A DNA stretch of 64,000 nucleotides from a bacterium (GCA_023267635.1 JAHFMX010000004.1:2837-66836), one strand, 5' to 3'; shown: positions 35,125-46,987, counted from the stretch's first letter. Notes: generated by a model not told the origin, from the letters alone. Numbers and translations: made by a program.

Positions 35125-36224
35125 CTATTCTTTTTGTAAGCTTCGTTAGCACGTTCTCTTTTTCTTTTGCTCAGGATTCTGTGTTGCTTCAGGATAGAGA
35201 GCTAACGATGCTCGCGACAGTGCTTCGGGTGGAGAGCTCAGAACTTCAGGAGGTTCCAAATACAAACACCACAGCACTGTATCAGACTGTTGTCGTTCGT
35301 ATTACGAAAGGTGAACAGCAAGATAAAGAAGTAACGATTACGGACAGTGCTTTTGCGGTACAGTCGGGAGATAAAGTGTACGTAAGATATTTACAGACAG
35401 CTGACGGCGGAGAGTATTACAGCATTCAAGAACCCTATCGATTAGATGCGCTTCTCTGGCTCTTCATTTTTTTCGTAGCAGTAGTGCTACTTTTCGGAGG
35501 TAAGCAAGGATTCCTTTCGCTTGTTGCTTTGTTTGTGTCTTTTGGTGGAATATTTACATATCTTTTCCCGCATATTATTACAGGGGGAAACATTGTTGCG
35601 ATTGCAACACTCGGTGCGTTACTTTCGTTATTTGTGGTTATGTATCTTACGCACGGGTTTACAAGGCTCACTACGTCCGCCTTTCTTGGATGTACGTTGT
35701 CAGTACTTGTAACGCTTGCTTTGGCAAAATATGCTGTTGTTATAGCAAAGCTAACTGGTTTTGCTAATGAAGAGAGTGTGTACCTCAATATTGCAACGCA
35801 GGGTAATATTGATTTTATAGCACTTCTCGTCGGAGGAATTATTATAGGAGTAATAGGAGTTATTGATGATGTTTCCATTACTCAAGCGTCAGTTGTTAAT
35901 CAATTGCAATTAGCGAATCCGCAGATAAGCGCAAGAAATTTGTACACCAAAGCGCTTTCGGTCGGTAAGGATCATATGGGAGCTGTTATTAACACGCTTA
36001 TCTTGGCATACGCAGGTGCGTCATTGCCACTTGTTCTGCTTTTCTATGTAAGTAATACACCAGTGTTAGAGCTTATCAATCGTGAGATTGTAGCAACTGA
36101 AATTGTCCGCAGTATTGTTGGTTCTGTAGGACTGTTACTAGCTGTTCCACTAACAACACTTATCGCAGTGTTTCTTATGAAAAATCACGCCTCAAAGGAA
36201 CATGCGCACACCCATCAGCATTAA
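35106..36224 (+). CDS. YibE/F-like polytopic membrane protein with His-rich C-terminus
   Basis: Signal peptide, soluble N-domain, 6-7 TM, C-terminal KEHAHTHQH; overlaps fur stop by 19 nt. Confidence 0.4.
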   Translation: MQNLRLAILFVSFVSTFSFSFAQDSVLLQDRELTMLATVLRVESSELQEVPNTNTTALYQTVVVRITKGEQQDKEVTITDSAFAVQSGDKVYVRYLQTADGGEYYSIQEPYRLDALLWLFIFFVAVVLLFGGKQGFLSLVALFVSFGGIFTYLFPHIITGGNIVAIATLGALLSLFVVMYLTHGFTRLTTSAFLGCTLSVLVTLALAKYAVVIAKLTGFANEESVYLNIATQGNIDFIALLVGGIIIGVIGVIDDVSITQASVVNQLQLANPQISARNLYTKALSVGKDHMGAVINTLILAYAGASLPLVLLFYVSNTPVLELINREIVATEIVRSIVGSVGLLLAVPLTTLIAVFLMKNHASKEHAHTHQH

Positions 36225-36248
36225 GTTGAAAATGGTATACTTGTCAGT

Positions 36249-36704
36249 ATGATTAAAGTCGGAAATAAAGCTCCAAAGTTCTCCTTGCAAGACCAAGAGG
36301 GGAAGATTCATACACTTTCTCAGTACCAAGGAAAGAAAATACTGCTGTACTTTTATCCTAAGGATGACACACCAGGATGTACTACCGAGGCCTGTAACTT
36401 TCGTGATGGATATGACATGTTTACAAACATGGGGTTAGTTATTCTAGGGGTTAGTAAGGACGGGGTGGAAAGTCATAAAAAATTTGCAGAGAAGTTCTCG
36501 CTCCCATTCCCGCTTCTTGCTGATGAGTCAACAGATGTCTCACAAGCGTACGGTGTCTGGAAACAAAAAAAGTTTATGGGACGAAAATACATGGGAATAA
36601 ATCGCACAAGCTTTCTTATTGATGAAAAAGGGGTTATTAGTAAAATCTATGAAGGGGTGAAAGCTAACGAACACGCAAAAGATGTTGAAGGAGATCTCTC
36701 ATAA
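36249..36704 (+). CDS. bcp: peroxiredoxin Bcp (thiol peroxidase, PrxQ type)
   Basis: YFYPKDDTPGCTTEACNFRD. Confidence 0.8.
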   Translation: MIKVGNKAPKFSLQDQEGKIHTLSQYQGKKILLYFYPKDDTPGCTTEACNFRDGYDMFTNMGLVILGVSKDGVESHKKFAEKFSLPFPLLADESTDVSQAYGVWKQKKFMGRKYMGINRTSFLIDEKGVISKIYEGVKANEHAKDVEGDLS

Positions 36705-36766
36705 CCTCGTTTTCAAATAAAAAAAGCCCCACAGAGTGGGGCTTTCGTTTTGGTTTGGCAGGTAAA

Positions 36767-37129
36767 TTAATTCCCGCCAGGCATACGCATGAAGCAAACA
36801 TTCGGCGGACCGACGTCGTCTTTGAAATCGGGGTGTGCACTGAAGGGTTCGGTGCCTCCGTTGCTTGTCCACGAAATCAAATTGTCGCGATCCTGGATCT
36901 TTTTCGTCCTGTAAGGAGTGCCGTCGTGAGTGAGGCCCACCCAAGCAGAATTGATGTGGACGTTGGAAACCACGCCACCTTTCAGACGCACGGCACCCTG
37001 TGTGTCTACGTCAATCATTAATCCCAGAAAGCCGTTGATTCTGCTTCCCAGGAACGTCTGCATTTCTTCTGCGGTCATGTCGGACGTTGCAACCCCACTG
37101 ACCTGTTCTTCGATTTGATCTCTTGCCAT
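36767..37129 (-). CDS. hypothetical protein, GC-rich ORFan
   Basis: 120 aa, by eye ~55% GC; no confident motif. Confidence 0.4.
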   Translation of the reverse strand: MARDQIEEQVSGVATSDMTAEEMQTFLGSRINGFLGLMIDVDTQGAVRLKGGVVSNVHINSAWVGLTHDGTPYRTKKIQDRDNLISWTSNGGTEPFSAHPDFKDDVGPPNVCFMRMPGGN

Positions 37130-37326
37130 GATGTATCTCTCTTCTTCGATAGAGTATTTAAATGTGCATACGGCAATGGTTTCTCATCACCGCTCCTCGT
37201 GTCATCATCGTAAGGTTGCTCTTATTATAAAGTGCTTACATGACTCCACTCGGTAAGCCTATACCTCGGAGGTTCTTTTGTAAACCCTGCGGAGACGTTT
37301 ACCTGTGTACGAGAAAGAGATGTCTA

Positions 37327-38064
37327 TTATCGAGAGAGAGCTTCTTCAATTGCTGCTTGAATATATTCGTATGGTCGTGCGCCATCAAGCATTGCAACTA
37401 CTTCAAGACCTTTTCGTGTTTTTACAAGAACGAAAGAAGACGGTGTGCCTTGAACACCGGCTTGAACGCCATCATTAACTGAAGTATCAATAGTAAGAGA
37501 GGTATCCTCACTCTTCATACAAGCTGTAAAAGCAGAAGAGTTTAACCCTCCATTTTTTGCAAGATCTACTATTCCTGTTGCTGGTAGTTGCGTTGTTTGA
37601 TTAGAAAGTTTATAGCCATAGAGCGCATCAATGTATGTGTAGAATCCTTGTGACCCATTGAGCGTTCCTGCACAGGCGATGGCCTTTGATTCATTGAAAG
37701 CATTCGGGTGAATTTGTGTTAAAGGGAAATGGCGGTATACGAATCCAATTTTTTCAGCGTAGTCTGTCCTAATCTGCTTTAATGTTGGATGTAATGTCAC
37801 ACAGTACGGACATTCAGGGTCAGAGTATTCAACAATCACAACCTTGCTGTCAGCATTTCCTTCGATGTAATCTTTGTTGTCGATTGGTTTTCCTGTGAAA
37901 AGAGAACTTTCTGCTTTTGCTCCGTTATTTCTAATAATGAAACCATATGCGACATGGCTACCTGCCAAAATGAGCGCAGCAAGGATGATTGCAACAGGAG
38001 TGGTGAGTTTGAATGTGCTGAGTGTGTGGCGAAAAGACATAAGAAGTGATGGAGTTTTAATCAT
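37327..38064 (-). CDS. DsbA-like thiol:disulfide oxidoreductase (membrane-anchored)
   Basis: N-terminal TM, thioredoxin fold with CPYC active site. Confidence 0.7.
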   Translation of the reverse strand: MIKTPSLLMSFRHTLSTFKLTTPVAIILAALILAGSHVAYGFIIRNNGAKAESSLFTGKPIDNKDYIEGNADSKVVIVEYSDPECPYCVTLHPTLKQIRTDYAEKIGFVYRHFPLTQIHPNAFNESKAIACAGTLNGSQGFYTYIDALYGYKLSNQTTQLPATGIVDLAKNGGLNSSAFTACMKSEDTSLTIDTSVNDGVQAGVQGTPSSFVLVKTRKGLEVVAMLDGARPYEYIQAAIEEALSR

Positions 38065-38098
38065 ACTGGTTTATACTAAATATACTTTCGAGTATATC

Positions 38099-38674
38099 AT
38101 GAGCATCTCCTCTCCTTTTTCGATGGCCACTTTTAAACGTCTCATGCTTGGCACGTTTCTTGAGTTCGGTCCGATACTTATTTTTCTCGGATCTTTTCAA
38201 CATTTTCATATTTATAAAGCAACGATGTTGCTGATGATTGGAACCATTATTTCAACCGTCTTGACGTACCGCCTCCAGAAGAGGCTTCCGTACCTTGCTT
38301 TGTACCTAGCTTTCCTCACTATTGCTTTTGGATACCTTACATTAGCTCATCGGGAGCCGAAGTTTATACAAATGCGAGACACGCTCTATGATCTTACATG
38401 TGCGATTACACTTCTTGTCGGGCTTATGATTAATGTTCCTTTTCTTAAACATGCTTTCCACCAAGTGATCCCAATGACGCTTCGAGCATGGCACAGGTTA
38501 ACGTATGCGTGGATAGCTTTTTTTATAACGATTGCAATACTTAATGAGTATGTGCGAAGAACGTATAATCTGCAGGACTGGTTCGACTTTAAGAGTGTTA
38601 TGGTGCTTGTTACTGTGGTGTTTGGCTTCACAGCACTCTCTCTCTGTTATGAGAAAGGGGTAGAAGAGAAGTAG
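38099..38674 (+). CDS. polytopic membrane protein (YciB/IspZ-like)
   Basis: Start moved to MSISS (38099) to avoid overlap with dsbA-like gene; 5 TM helices. Confidence 0.35.
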   Translation: MSISSPFSMATFKRLMLGTFLEFGPILIFLGSFQHFHIYKATMLLMIGTIISTVLTYRLQKRLPYLALYLAFLTIAFGYLTLAHREPKFIQMRDTLYDLTCAITLLVGLMINVPFLKHAFHQVIPMTLRAWHRLTYAWIAFFITIAILNEYVRRTYNLQDWFDFKSVMVLVTVVFGFTALSLCYEKGVEEK

Positions 38675-38721
38675 TATTTCTATAGAAAACAGCATAAGAA
38701 TATGCTAAACTCTGTTTCATT

Positions 38722-39573
38722 ATGCGCGAAGAGGTAGTACAACACGGAGCCGAAGAAGTCCACACAAGCAGCTTTCTTCATGTTATTGAAGAGATACCTT
38801 CTATAAACGCACCAATTCTTGGGGATATCGGCCCAATCACTATTGCAACCTCAACAGTTACGGTAATGCTTATCACGCTTATATTCGTGGCGCTCACCAT
38901 TAAAGTATCTCGAGCGAAATTAATTCCTTCAAAGTTTCAAGTAGTGCTTGAGATGTTCTATGGCGCGGTTGCTGATTTCATTACATCTATCGTAGGAGAT
39001 AAAGAGCGTGCAAAAAAGATTATTCCATACGTTGGAGCGCTTATGACGTATCTTATCGTAGCAAACTTACTTCCTATGGTTCCTGGAGTAGCTAGTTTTT
39101 ATGTAACAGGGTCTGAAGGTCAACATATTCCGCTTTTCCGCGGTGCAACAACTGATTTCAACACAACCTTTGGTCTGGCGCTTGCTGTAATTGTGATTAT
39201 GCAGTTTGTTGGTATGAAAGAACAGGGTATTGGAGGATACTTATCTCACTTTATTCAGATCAAGCAAGTGATACGAGGATTTAGAAAAAGTTTTGGTGAA
39301 GGAATGGTTTCAATTATCGGTTTCTTCGTTGGTCTCATTGAAATTATTTCAGAAGTAGCAAAGATTTTATCACTCTCACTTCGATTATTTGGAAACATGT
39401 TTGCTCACGAAGTGCTTACGGTAATTCTTTTAGGAGCCTTTGCTGTTGCAGTTCCCGCTATTTGGATGGGAATGGGATTACTTGTTGGGGTGGTGCAATC
39501 AATTGTATTCGTAGCGCTCGTTACGGTGTACTACTCTTTGGTCTTAAAGAAAGAAGGTAAAGACGCACATTAG
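38722..39573 (+). CDS. atpB: F0F1 ATP synthase subunit a
   Basis: LSLSLRLFGNMFAHEV conserved Arg helix. Confidence 0.85.
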   Translation: MREEVVQHGAEEVHTSSFLHVIEEIPSINAPILGDIGPITIATSTVTVMLITLIFVALTIKVSRAKLIPSKFQVVLEMFYGAVADFITSIVGDKERAKKIIPYVGALMTYLIVANLLPMVPGVASFYVTGSEGQHIPLFRGATTDFNTTFGLALAVIVIMQFVGMKEQGIGGYLSHFIQIKQVIRGFRKSFGEGMVSIIGFFVGLIEIISEVAKILSLSLRLFGNMFAHEVLTVILLGAFAVAVPAIWMGMGLLVGVVQSIVFVALVTVYYSLVLKKEGKDAH

Positions 39574-39590
39574 AAAGATTTTTGGGAAAT

Positions 39591-39618
39591 AAAAAAGCGC
39601 TCATGGAGCGCTTTTTTG
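39591..39618. terminator. bidirectional terminator after atpB
   Basis: aaaaaaGCGCTCatgGAGCGCttttttg. Confidence 0.6.
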
Positions 39619-39873
39619 TTCGGTCGAGGTCAAAGCCTGTTTTGCAGCAAAGTGTTCAGCCACCAATAATGCGGCCTTCATGAGTTTGCGTGTGGTGCTC
39701 GGTGGTTCATTTTTCCATGTGTAGGGGTAAGGTTCGAGCTCTTCTGCTCCCACAGGAAGCTCTTCGATAACCTTAAATTCTGCCAGCGCGCTGACAGAAA
39801 AGAATGTTCCATCGGGAAGCTTCATGAAGAAGGTTGATCCCGCACAAAACAATTGCATGTCTGAGAGGTTCAT
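39601..39873 (-). CDS. hypothetical protein encoded antisense within the atp cluster
   Basis: Start chosen at MNLSDM with SD ggagaa 5 nt upstream (ORF track used upstream TTG); GC-elevated. Confidence 0.4.
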   Translation of the reverse strand: MNLSDMQLFCAGSTFFMKLPDGTFFSVSALAEFKVIEELPVGAEELEPYPYTWKNEPPSTTRKLMKAALLVAEHFAAKQALTSTEQKSAP

Positions 39874-39985
39874 AACGTTCTCCAAAGGTACTAGGTTCTT
39901 TAAACTGTACGCTTTTATTACTTCCAAGTCAAAGATATTTCATCTGCCTACCCACAGAAGTCAATCTGCACAAAGCAATTTTTTC

Positions 39986-39994
39986 TGCTATACT
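39986..39994 (+). promoter_or_regulatory. extended -10 box TGCTATACT upstream of atpE
   Basis: ttttcTGCTATACTctc ~50 nt before atpE ATG. Confidence 0.35.
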
Positions 39995-40044
39995 CTCATC
40001 AAAGCCCCGTGGGGCGGATTTTTATTGATTAGTTACAATTATTT

Positions 40045-40263
40045 ATGACACCAGAAGCAGCAATTTATATCGCAAAGGGAATGTGTATCATCGCCATGAT
40101 CGGTACAGCTATCGGACAGGGATACCTCGTAGGAAAGACTATGGAAGCAATCGGTCGCAACCCAGACATTGAAGGATCACTCTTTTCAAAGATGATCATC
40201 GGTGTTGCCATGACAGAAACAACAGCCATCTTTGCGCTCGTTGCATTCTTCCTCCTTGGTTAA
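40045..40263 (+). CDS. atpE: F0F1 ATP synthase subunit c
   Basis: Two-helix hairpin, GxGxGxG packing, conserved carboxylate region. Confidence 0.85.
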   Translation: MTPEAAIYIAKGMCIIAMIGTAIGQGYLVGKTMEAIGRNPDIEGSLFSKMIIGVAMTETTAIFALVAFFLLG

Positions 40264-40273
40264 TTTTTTCTAG

Positions 40274-40768
40274 ATGGAGCAGATTCTTACCATTTTAGGA
40301 AGTGTTGGGTTCAATTGGCACGTTGCACTAGCAAACTTCATTAACTTTCTCATCATCTTATTCATTTTGAATAAGTTCTTTTTCGGCAAGCTTGGAAAAG
40401 TGATTTCAAATCGTCAGCAAGTAATTGAACGTGGTCTTTCTCAGGCATCTGATGCTGAAAAAGCTCTCGCATCTGCTGAAGACGAGAAGAAACAAATCAT
40501 TCATGAAGCTAAAAAAGAAGGACATGTGATTGTGAGTGAAGCGCAAACACAAGCAGAAAATCTTGCTGCAACAATTAAGAGTGATGCAGAAAAAGAGATA
40601 ACACTACGAACAGAAGCCATGAATCACAAAGAAGCAGAGTTAAAGACAAAGGTGGAAAAAGAGTTCGCTCTTCGTGCACCATCTCTTGTTGCGACGCTCT
40701 ACGCTGAAACACTTAAGAAAAACCTTACAGCAGAGGATAATAATGCGCTTATCGCAAGCATGAAATAG
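40274..40768 (+). CDS. atpF: F0F1 ATP synthase subunit b
   Basis: N-terminal TM then long charged helix; position in operon. Confidence 0.75.
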   Translation: MEQILTILGSVGFNWHVALANFINFLIILFILNKFFFGKLGKVISNRQQVIERGLSQASDAEKALASAEDEKKQIIHEAKKEGHVIVSEAQTQAENLAATIKSDAEKEITLRTEAMNHKEAELKTKVEKEFALRAPSLVATLYAETLKKNLTAEDNNALIASMK

Positions 40769-40772
40769 TTGT

Positions 40773-41120
40773 ATGATTTTGTCACGACAAATTGCAGAGT
40801 TACTGCTTAAGAAGAAGGTTGGGGTGGATGAAGTAACAGAAGCACTGTCTTCGTACGGACTTCTTTCTCTCTTACCCAACATTCTTGATGCAGTTACCAA
40901 ATTAACTCGTGATGAAAAAGAACAAGACACTATTCGCATAGAATCTCCTTTTGAAATAGAAGAGAGTGCGCTCTCTCGAATTAAAAGAATTGTGGGAAAC
41001 GACATGGCGCCCACCGAAGTAACTATCAATAAAAATCTTCTAGCTGGATTCAAAGCACGCTACAAAGGAATGTCATACGATGGATCAGCGGCACGAATTA
41101 TTAAACAATTAACAAAGTAA
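40773..41120 (+). CDS. atpH: F0F1 ATP synthase delta subunit (short, C-terminal OSCP part)
   Basis: 115 aa; position between b and alpha; LLAGFKARYKGMSYDGSAARIIKQL. Confidence 0.6.
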   Translation: MILSRQIAELLLKKKVGVDEVTEALSSYGLLSLLPNILDAVTKLTRDEKEQDTIRIESPFEIEESALSRIKRIVGNDMAPTEVTINKNLLAGFKARYKGMSYDGSAARIIKQLTK

Positions 41121-41125
41121 CCAAC

Positions 41126-42628
41126 ATGTCAGTAGAAAAAATCATCAAGGATCTGGAGAAAAAAATAGAAACACTTTCGACTGAGGTAGAAGTGAATGAA
41201 ATCGGAAGTGTTATTTCTGTCTCTGACGGTATTGCTCGTGTATCTGGCCTTTCAAAGTGTGCGAGTATGGAAGAAGTGACATTTGCTTCAGGGGCTAAAG
41301 GGCTCGCTCTTAACCTCGAATCTGACATGGTTGGTATCGTTATTGTTTCTGGTGCTGAAACGGTTCGTGAGGGCGAAGAAGTGACGCGCACAGGACGCGT
41401 GCTCGCTATTCCTGTAGGAGAATCTCTTCTTGGACGTGTGGTTGATCCTTTGATGAACCCAGTGGATGGTGAAAAGATAACAGGCCTGGACGCAATGGAA
41501 CTTGTAGAGAAGATCGCACCAGGTGTGATGGATCGTGAACCAGTGAATGTTCCTATGCAAACAGGAGTTAAGGCGATTGATGCCATGATTCCAGTTGGAC
41601 GTGGACAGCGTGAACTTATCATTGGTGATCGCCAAACAGGGAAGACAACGATTGCGCTCGATACGATCATTAACCAAAAGGGAACTGGCGTTATTTGTGT
41701 ATATGTTGCGATTAGCCAGAAGGAATCAAAGATTGCTCAGATTGTTGAAAAGTTGAAAGCAGCTGGAGCTATGGAGTACACCGTTGTGGTACTTGCTGGA
41801 GCCTCACACTCTGCAGCGCTATCATACTTGGCACCGTACGCAGGAACTGCCGTTGCTGAATACTTTATGAACAAGCAGAAGGACGTGCTTGTTGTATATG
41901 ATGATCTTTCAAAGCACGCTGTTGCATATCGCGAAATGTCACTTCTTCTTAAGCGCCCACCAGGGCGTGAAGCGTACCCAGGAGATGTATTCTACCTCCA
42001 CTCTAGACTTCTAGAGCGTGCTTGTCGCAGAAATGAGGCCGCAGGAAGTGGTTCTATCACAGCGCTACCAATTATTGAAACTCAGGCGGGAGATGTGTCA
42101 GCGTATATTCCAACAAACGTTATTTCGATTACTGACGGACAGATTTTCTTGGATGCAAACCTTTTCTACAAGGGTATGCGACCAGCGATTGATGTTGGAC
42201 TCTCGGTATCACGTGTGGGATCATCTGCTCAAACAAAAGCGATGAAGAAAAATGCGGGCAAGATGAAACTTGCGATGGCACAGTATCGTGAACTTGAATC
42301 ATTCTCTCAGTTTGATTCTGACTTGGACCAAGATACAAAAAGAACTATTGAACGAGGAAAGAGAACACAGGAAATACTTAAGCAAGCAAACGGTTCACCA
42401 CTTCGTACAGGACTACAAGTTGCGTCAGTGTACGCAGTTAACAATGGCTACCTGGATTCAGTTCATGTAGAACATGTTCAAGGATGGGAAAAAGCTATGC
42501 ACACATACATGCTGTCATCTGGAAAAGAAGTAGTTGAATCTCTCGAAAAGGGTTGGGATGACAAGATAGAGAGTGACCTTAATGCTGCACTCGAAAGTTT
42601 TAAACATGTGCACAGTAATGGTGCGTAA
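41126..42628 (+). CDS. atpA: F0F1 ATP synthase alpha subunit
   Basis: Walker A GDRQTGKT; alpha signature. Confidence 0.9.
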   Translation: MSVEKIIKDLEKKIETLSTEVEVNEIGSVISVSDGIARVSGLSKCASMEEVTFASGAKGLALNLESDMVGIVIVSGAETVREGEEVTRTGRVLAIPVGESLLGRVVDPLMNPVDGEKITGLDAMELVEKIAPGVMDREPVNVPMQTGVKAIDAMIPVGRGQRELIIGDRQTGKTTIALDTIINQKGTGVICVYVAISQKESKIAQIVEKLKAAGAMEYTVVVLAGASHSAALSYLAPYAGTAVAEYFMNKQKDVLVVYDDLSKHAVAYREMSLLLKRPPGREAYPGDVFYLHSRLLERACRRNEAAGSGSITALPIIETQAGDVSAYIPTNVISITDGQIFLDANLFYKGMRPAIDVGLSVSRVGSSAQTKAMKKNAGKMKLAMAQYRELESFSQFDSDLDQDTKRTIERGKRTQEILKQANGSPLRTGLQVASVYAVNNGYLDSVHVEHVQGWEKAMHTYMLSSGKEVVESLEKGWDDKIESDLNAALESFKHVHSNGA

Positions 42629-42757
42629 TAGAGATAAAAATTTCAATTTATAATTTTCAATTTTTAATCAAGTATCAATGTACTAATTAAAAAATTAAGA
42701 ATTAAAACATTCAATAAAAATTAGAAATTGAAAATTAAAAATTAAAGCAAAGCGCAT

Positions 42758-43606
42758 ATGCAGACAAAAGTTATCAAGCAGAAAATAAAGAGCGTTGGAT
42801 CCATCAAGAAAATTACAAAAACGATGGAGATGGTTTCTGCTGCGAAAATGAAGAAAGCAACTGATGGAGCTCACACACTTCGACCATTCCATCAAGAAGC
42901 GCAGGCTATTTTAGAAGATCTTTCACTGGACCCGCTCGCGTCTCATGAGCTTCTTGCTCACAATGGAGTAGAAGAGGAAGTTGTTGTTATTGTTGCATCT
43001 AACAAAGGTCTTTGTGGTAGCTACAATGTGAATATCTATCGTAAGTTACTTGAGGCTTACACAGAAGAAGAGAGAAAGAAATTGAAGATCGTTGCGTTTG
43101 GAAAATACGCAGAAAAAGTAGCAAAGAAACTTCATATTGAAACACTTGCCTCTTTTACTCATCCACAGCTTACAGGCGACGACGCACGAGTCGTTGCTCA
43201 CATGCTTGTTGATTGGTATACACAAAAGAAAATCGGTACAGTGAGAATTCTCTACACTCATTACACCTCAGCTTCTGTGTTTACTCCAACACTACTCCAA
43301 CTTCTCCCATTTTCTTCGGAAGGGAAGCCTGACACACAAGGTGAGCCTCGTTATGACTATGAGCCAGATCAGGAAACAGTGCTTACAACTATCATTCCAA
43401 TGATGATACATAACATCATCTACGGTGCTGTACTTGAAAGTTACGCATCTGAACATTCAGCGCGAATGTTTGCTATGAAATCAGCAACAGATAACGCAAG
43501 CGAGCTTCAGGACGAGCTCAAGTTGTACTATAACCGTGCTCGTCAGGAGCGAGTAACGCAAGAAATTGCTGAAATTACGTCAGGCGCCATGGCGCTGTCA
43601 TCTTAA
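42758..43606 (+). CDS. atpG: F0F1 ATP synthase gamma subunit
   Basis: N/C-terminal coiled helices; ITxEITEI-like C-terminus QEIAEITSGA. Confidence 0.85.
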   Translation: MQTKVIKQKIKSVGSIKKITKTMEMVSAAKMKKATDGAHTLRPFHQEAQAILEDLSLDPLASHELLAHNGVEEEVVVIVASNKGLCGSYNVNIYRKLLEAYTEEERKKLKIVAFGKYAEKVAKKLHIETLASFTHPQLTGDDARVVAHMLVDWYTQKKIGTVRILYTHYTSASVFTPTLLQLLPFSSEGKPDTQGEPRYDYEPDQETVLTTIIPMMIHNIIYGAVLESYASEHSARMFAMKSATDNASELQDELKLYYNRARQERVTQEIAEITSGAMALSS

Positions 43607-43625
43607 AATCAAAATAATGTACTAG

Positions 43626-45498
<1,873 letters not shown>

Positions 45499-45640
45499 AA
45501 ATAAAACCCTTCATTGGTATTGATAAATAAAAAGATTGCTTCAGATGCAAGGCGTGGAGGGTTTGCGAAGAAGATGTAGATACAACTACATTGATGAGCA
45601 AACGAGGCTCCGCAACGCAGCAGATGAGGCGATATTTTAT

Positions 45641-46438
45641 TTATCTAGGGAGAAAGATAAAGAAGGCGATGATGCCAATAATAATTCTATAGAACCCAAA
45701 CACAACAAACGTGTGTTTTTTAATATAATCAAGGAAGAGTTTAATAACAAAGGTTGCAACAATAAATGAAGAAAGCATTCCGACTAAAAGCGGTGTAAGG
45801 TTTGCTGAGTGAAGTACGACATCCATATTTTTATAGAAAGAATAGAGTGTTGCAGCTGCCATGGTTGGAACAGCTAAAAGGAAAGTAAATTCAGTGAGAA
45901 TCTTTCTGTCGAGTTTCATAAGAAGTCCTCCTATGATTACTGAACCAGAGCGAGACACTCCTGGAATTATGGCTACAATTTGATAGATACCTAGAAGGAA
46001 CGCTTCCTTCATAGATACCTCATGACGAAGTTCTACTATTCCTGCCTCGGTCCATTTTAGGTACATATGTTCCACAAAGAGGATAATAATTCCTCCGATA
46101 AAAAGGGTGACACCAACCAAGAGTGGATTAGTAAGAAGTGGTTTGATGTATGGATAGATAAAAAAGCCTGCTAATCCTGTTGGAATGAATCCCACAGTTA
46201 AGCGTTTAATCATTGATACCGTAAAAATTCTTTTCCAGAACATGTAGAGCACTGCTAAGATGGCACCAAGTTGTATTGCGATTTCAAAAGCGATAAGGAA
46301 ATCAGTCTGAGGGATGTTAAGAAAATGAGAAGCAAGGATGAGGTGTCCTGTTGAAGAGATTGGTAAAAACTCCGCGAGACCCTCAATTATTCCAAGAACA
46401 AGGGCTTGTAAGATAGTCATGTGTGTATAATAACACAT
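45641..46438 (-). CDS. uppP: undecaprenyl-diphosphatase
   Basis: ISSTGHLIL and SRSGSVIIGG motifs. Confidence 0.85.
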   Translation of the reverse strand: MCYYTHMTILQALVLGIIEGLAEFLPISSTGHLILASHFLNIPQTDFLIAFEIAIQLGAILAVLYMFWKRIFTVSMIKRLTVGFIPTGLAGFFIYPYIKPLLTNPLLVGVTLFIGGIIILFVEHMYLKWTEAGIVELRHEVSMKEAFLLGIYQIVAIIPGVSRSGSVIIGGLLMKLDRKILTEFTFLLAVPTMAAATLYSFYKNMDVVLHSANLTPLLVGMLSSFIVATFVIKLFLDYIKKHTFVVFGFYRIIIGIIAFFIFLPR

Positions 46439-46452
46439 GCTAAAATAAGCAC

Positions 46453-46914
46453 ATGAACATGCTTATTCTTTTCTGTGCAGTAGTACTGATTTTTATCGCA
46501 GCCATTTTTGCAGCACATCGAGTGTTTACTCGTCATGAAAAGAAACATCACGTGCGACACATCATCATGTTATCGCTTATCCCGTTTGCTTCATGGCACG
46601 CCGCCACGTTTCTTAAGAATGCAATTACATTTCCTCGTCCCGATTTAACGAACGCTCTATTTTTACCGCAAGATGTTACTAGCTATGGACTGCCATCAGG
46701 ACACGCTGCTTTTATGTTTGCTTTAGCTGCTACGATGTATTCATTTGATAAGAAAGCAGGAATAGTTTTGTTTGTGTTAGCTGTTTTCACTGGAATTGGA
46801 CGCGCTCTCGCAGGAGTGCATTATTGGTATGATATTGTGGGCGGAGCAGTTCTAGGATTTATTATTTCTTCTTTTGTTGTTACTGTTTGTAAACGTGTGA
46901 TTAGGCGTTGGTAA
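46453..46914 (+). CDS. PAP2-family membrane phosphatase
   Basis: PSGHAAFMFALA and SRxxxxxHxxxD-like GRALAGVHYWYD. Confidence 0.7.
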   Translation: MNMLILFCAVVLIFIAAIFAAHRVFTRHEKKHHVRHIIMLSLIPFASWHAATFLKNAITFPRPDLTNALFLPQDVTSYGLPSGHAAFMFALAATMYSFDKKAGIVLFVLAVFTGIGRALAGVHYWYDIVGGAVLGFIISSFVVTVCKRVIRRW

Positions 46915-46987
46915 TATACTTCGGTAGTGTACTGAGAAATTGTTTTGTGGTAGATTAGAAAACGATTGTTCAACTTTAGGAGTAGAA

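Noticed and set aside
37874-38098. Upstream part of the 266-aa ORF overlapping the dsbA-like gene on the opposite strand
   Set aside because: - A 190-nt antisense overlap with a well-supported DsbA-like CDS is unlikely.
- The internal start at 38099 (MSISS...) gives a non-overlapping membrane protein.
40004-40036. Possible attenuator hairpin (gccccgtggggc + T-run) in the atpE leader
   Set aside because: - The candidate stem has only a 2-nt loop (cccc gt gggg) and cannot form a stable hairpin.
- It was left as unannotated leader sequence.
42629-42757. AT-rich low-complexity atpA-atpG intergenic region (aaaattgaaaattaaaaattaaa-type motifs)
   Set aside because: - This is simple-sequence A/T periodicity in an intergenic spacer.
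- It has no defined repeat unit with spacers, no inverted-repeat termini, and no similarity to the A/B/C families.
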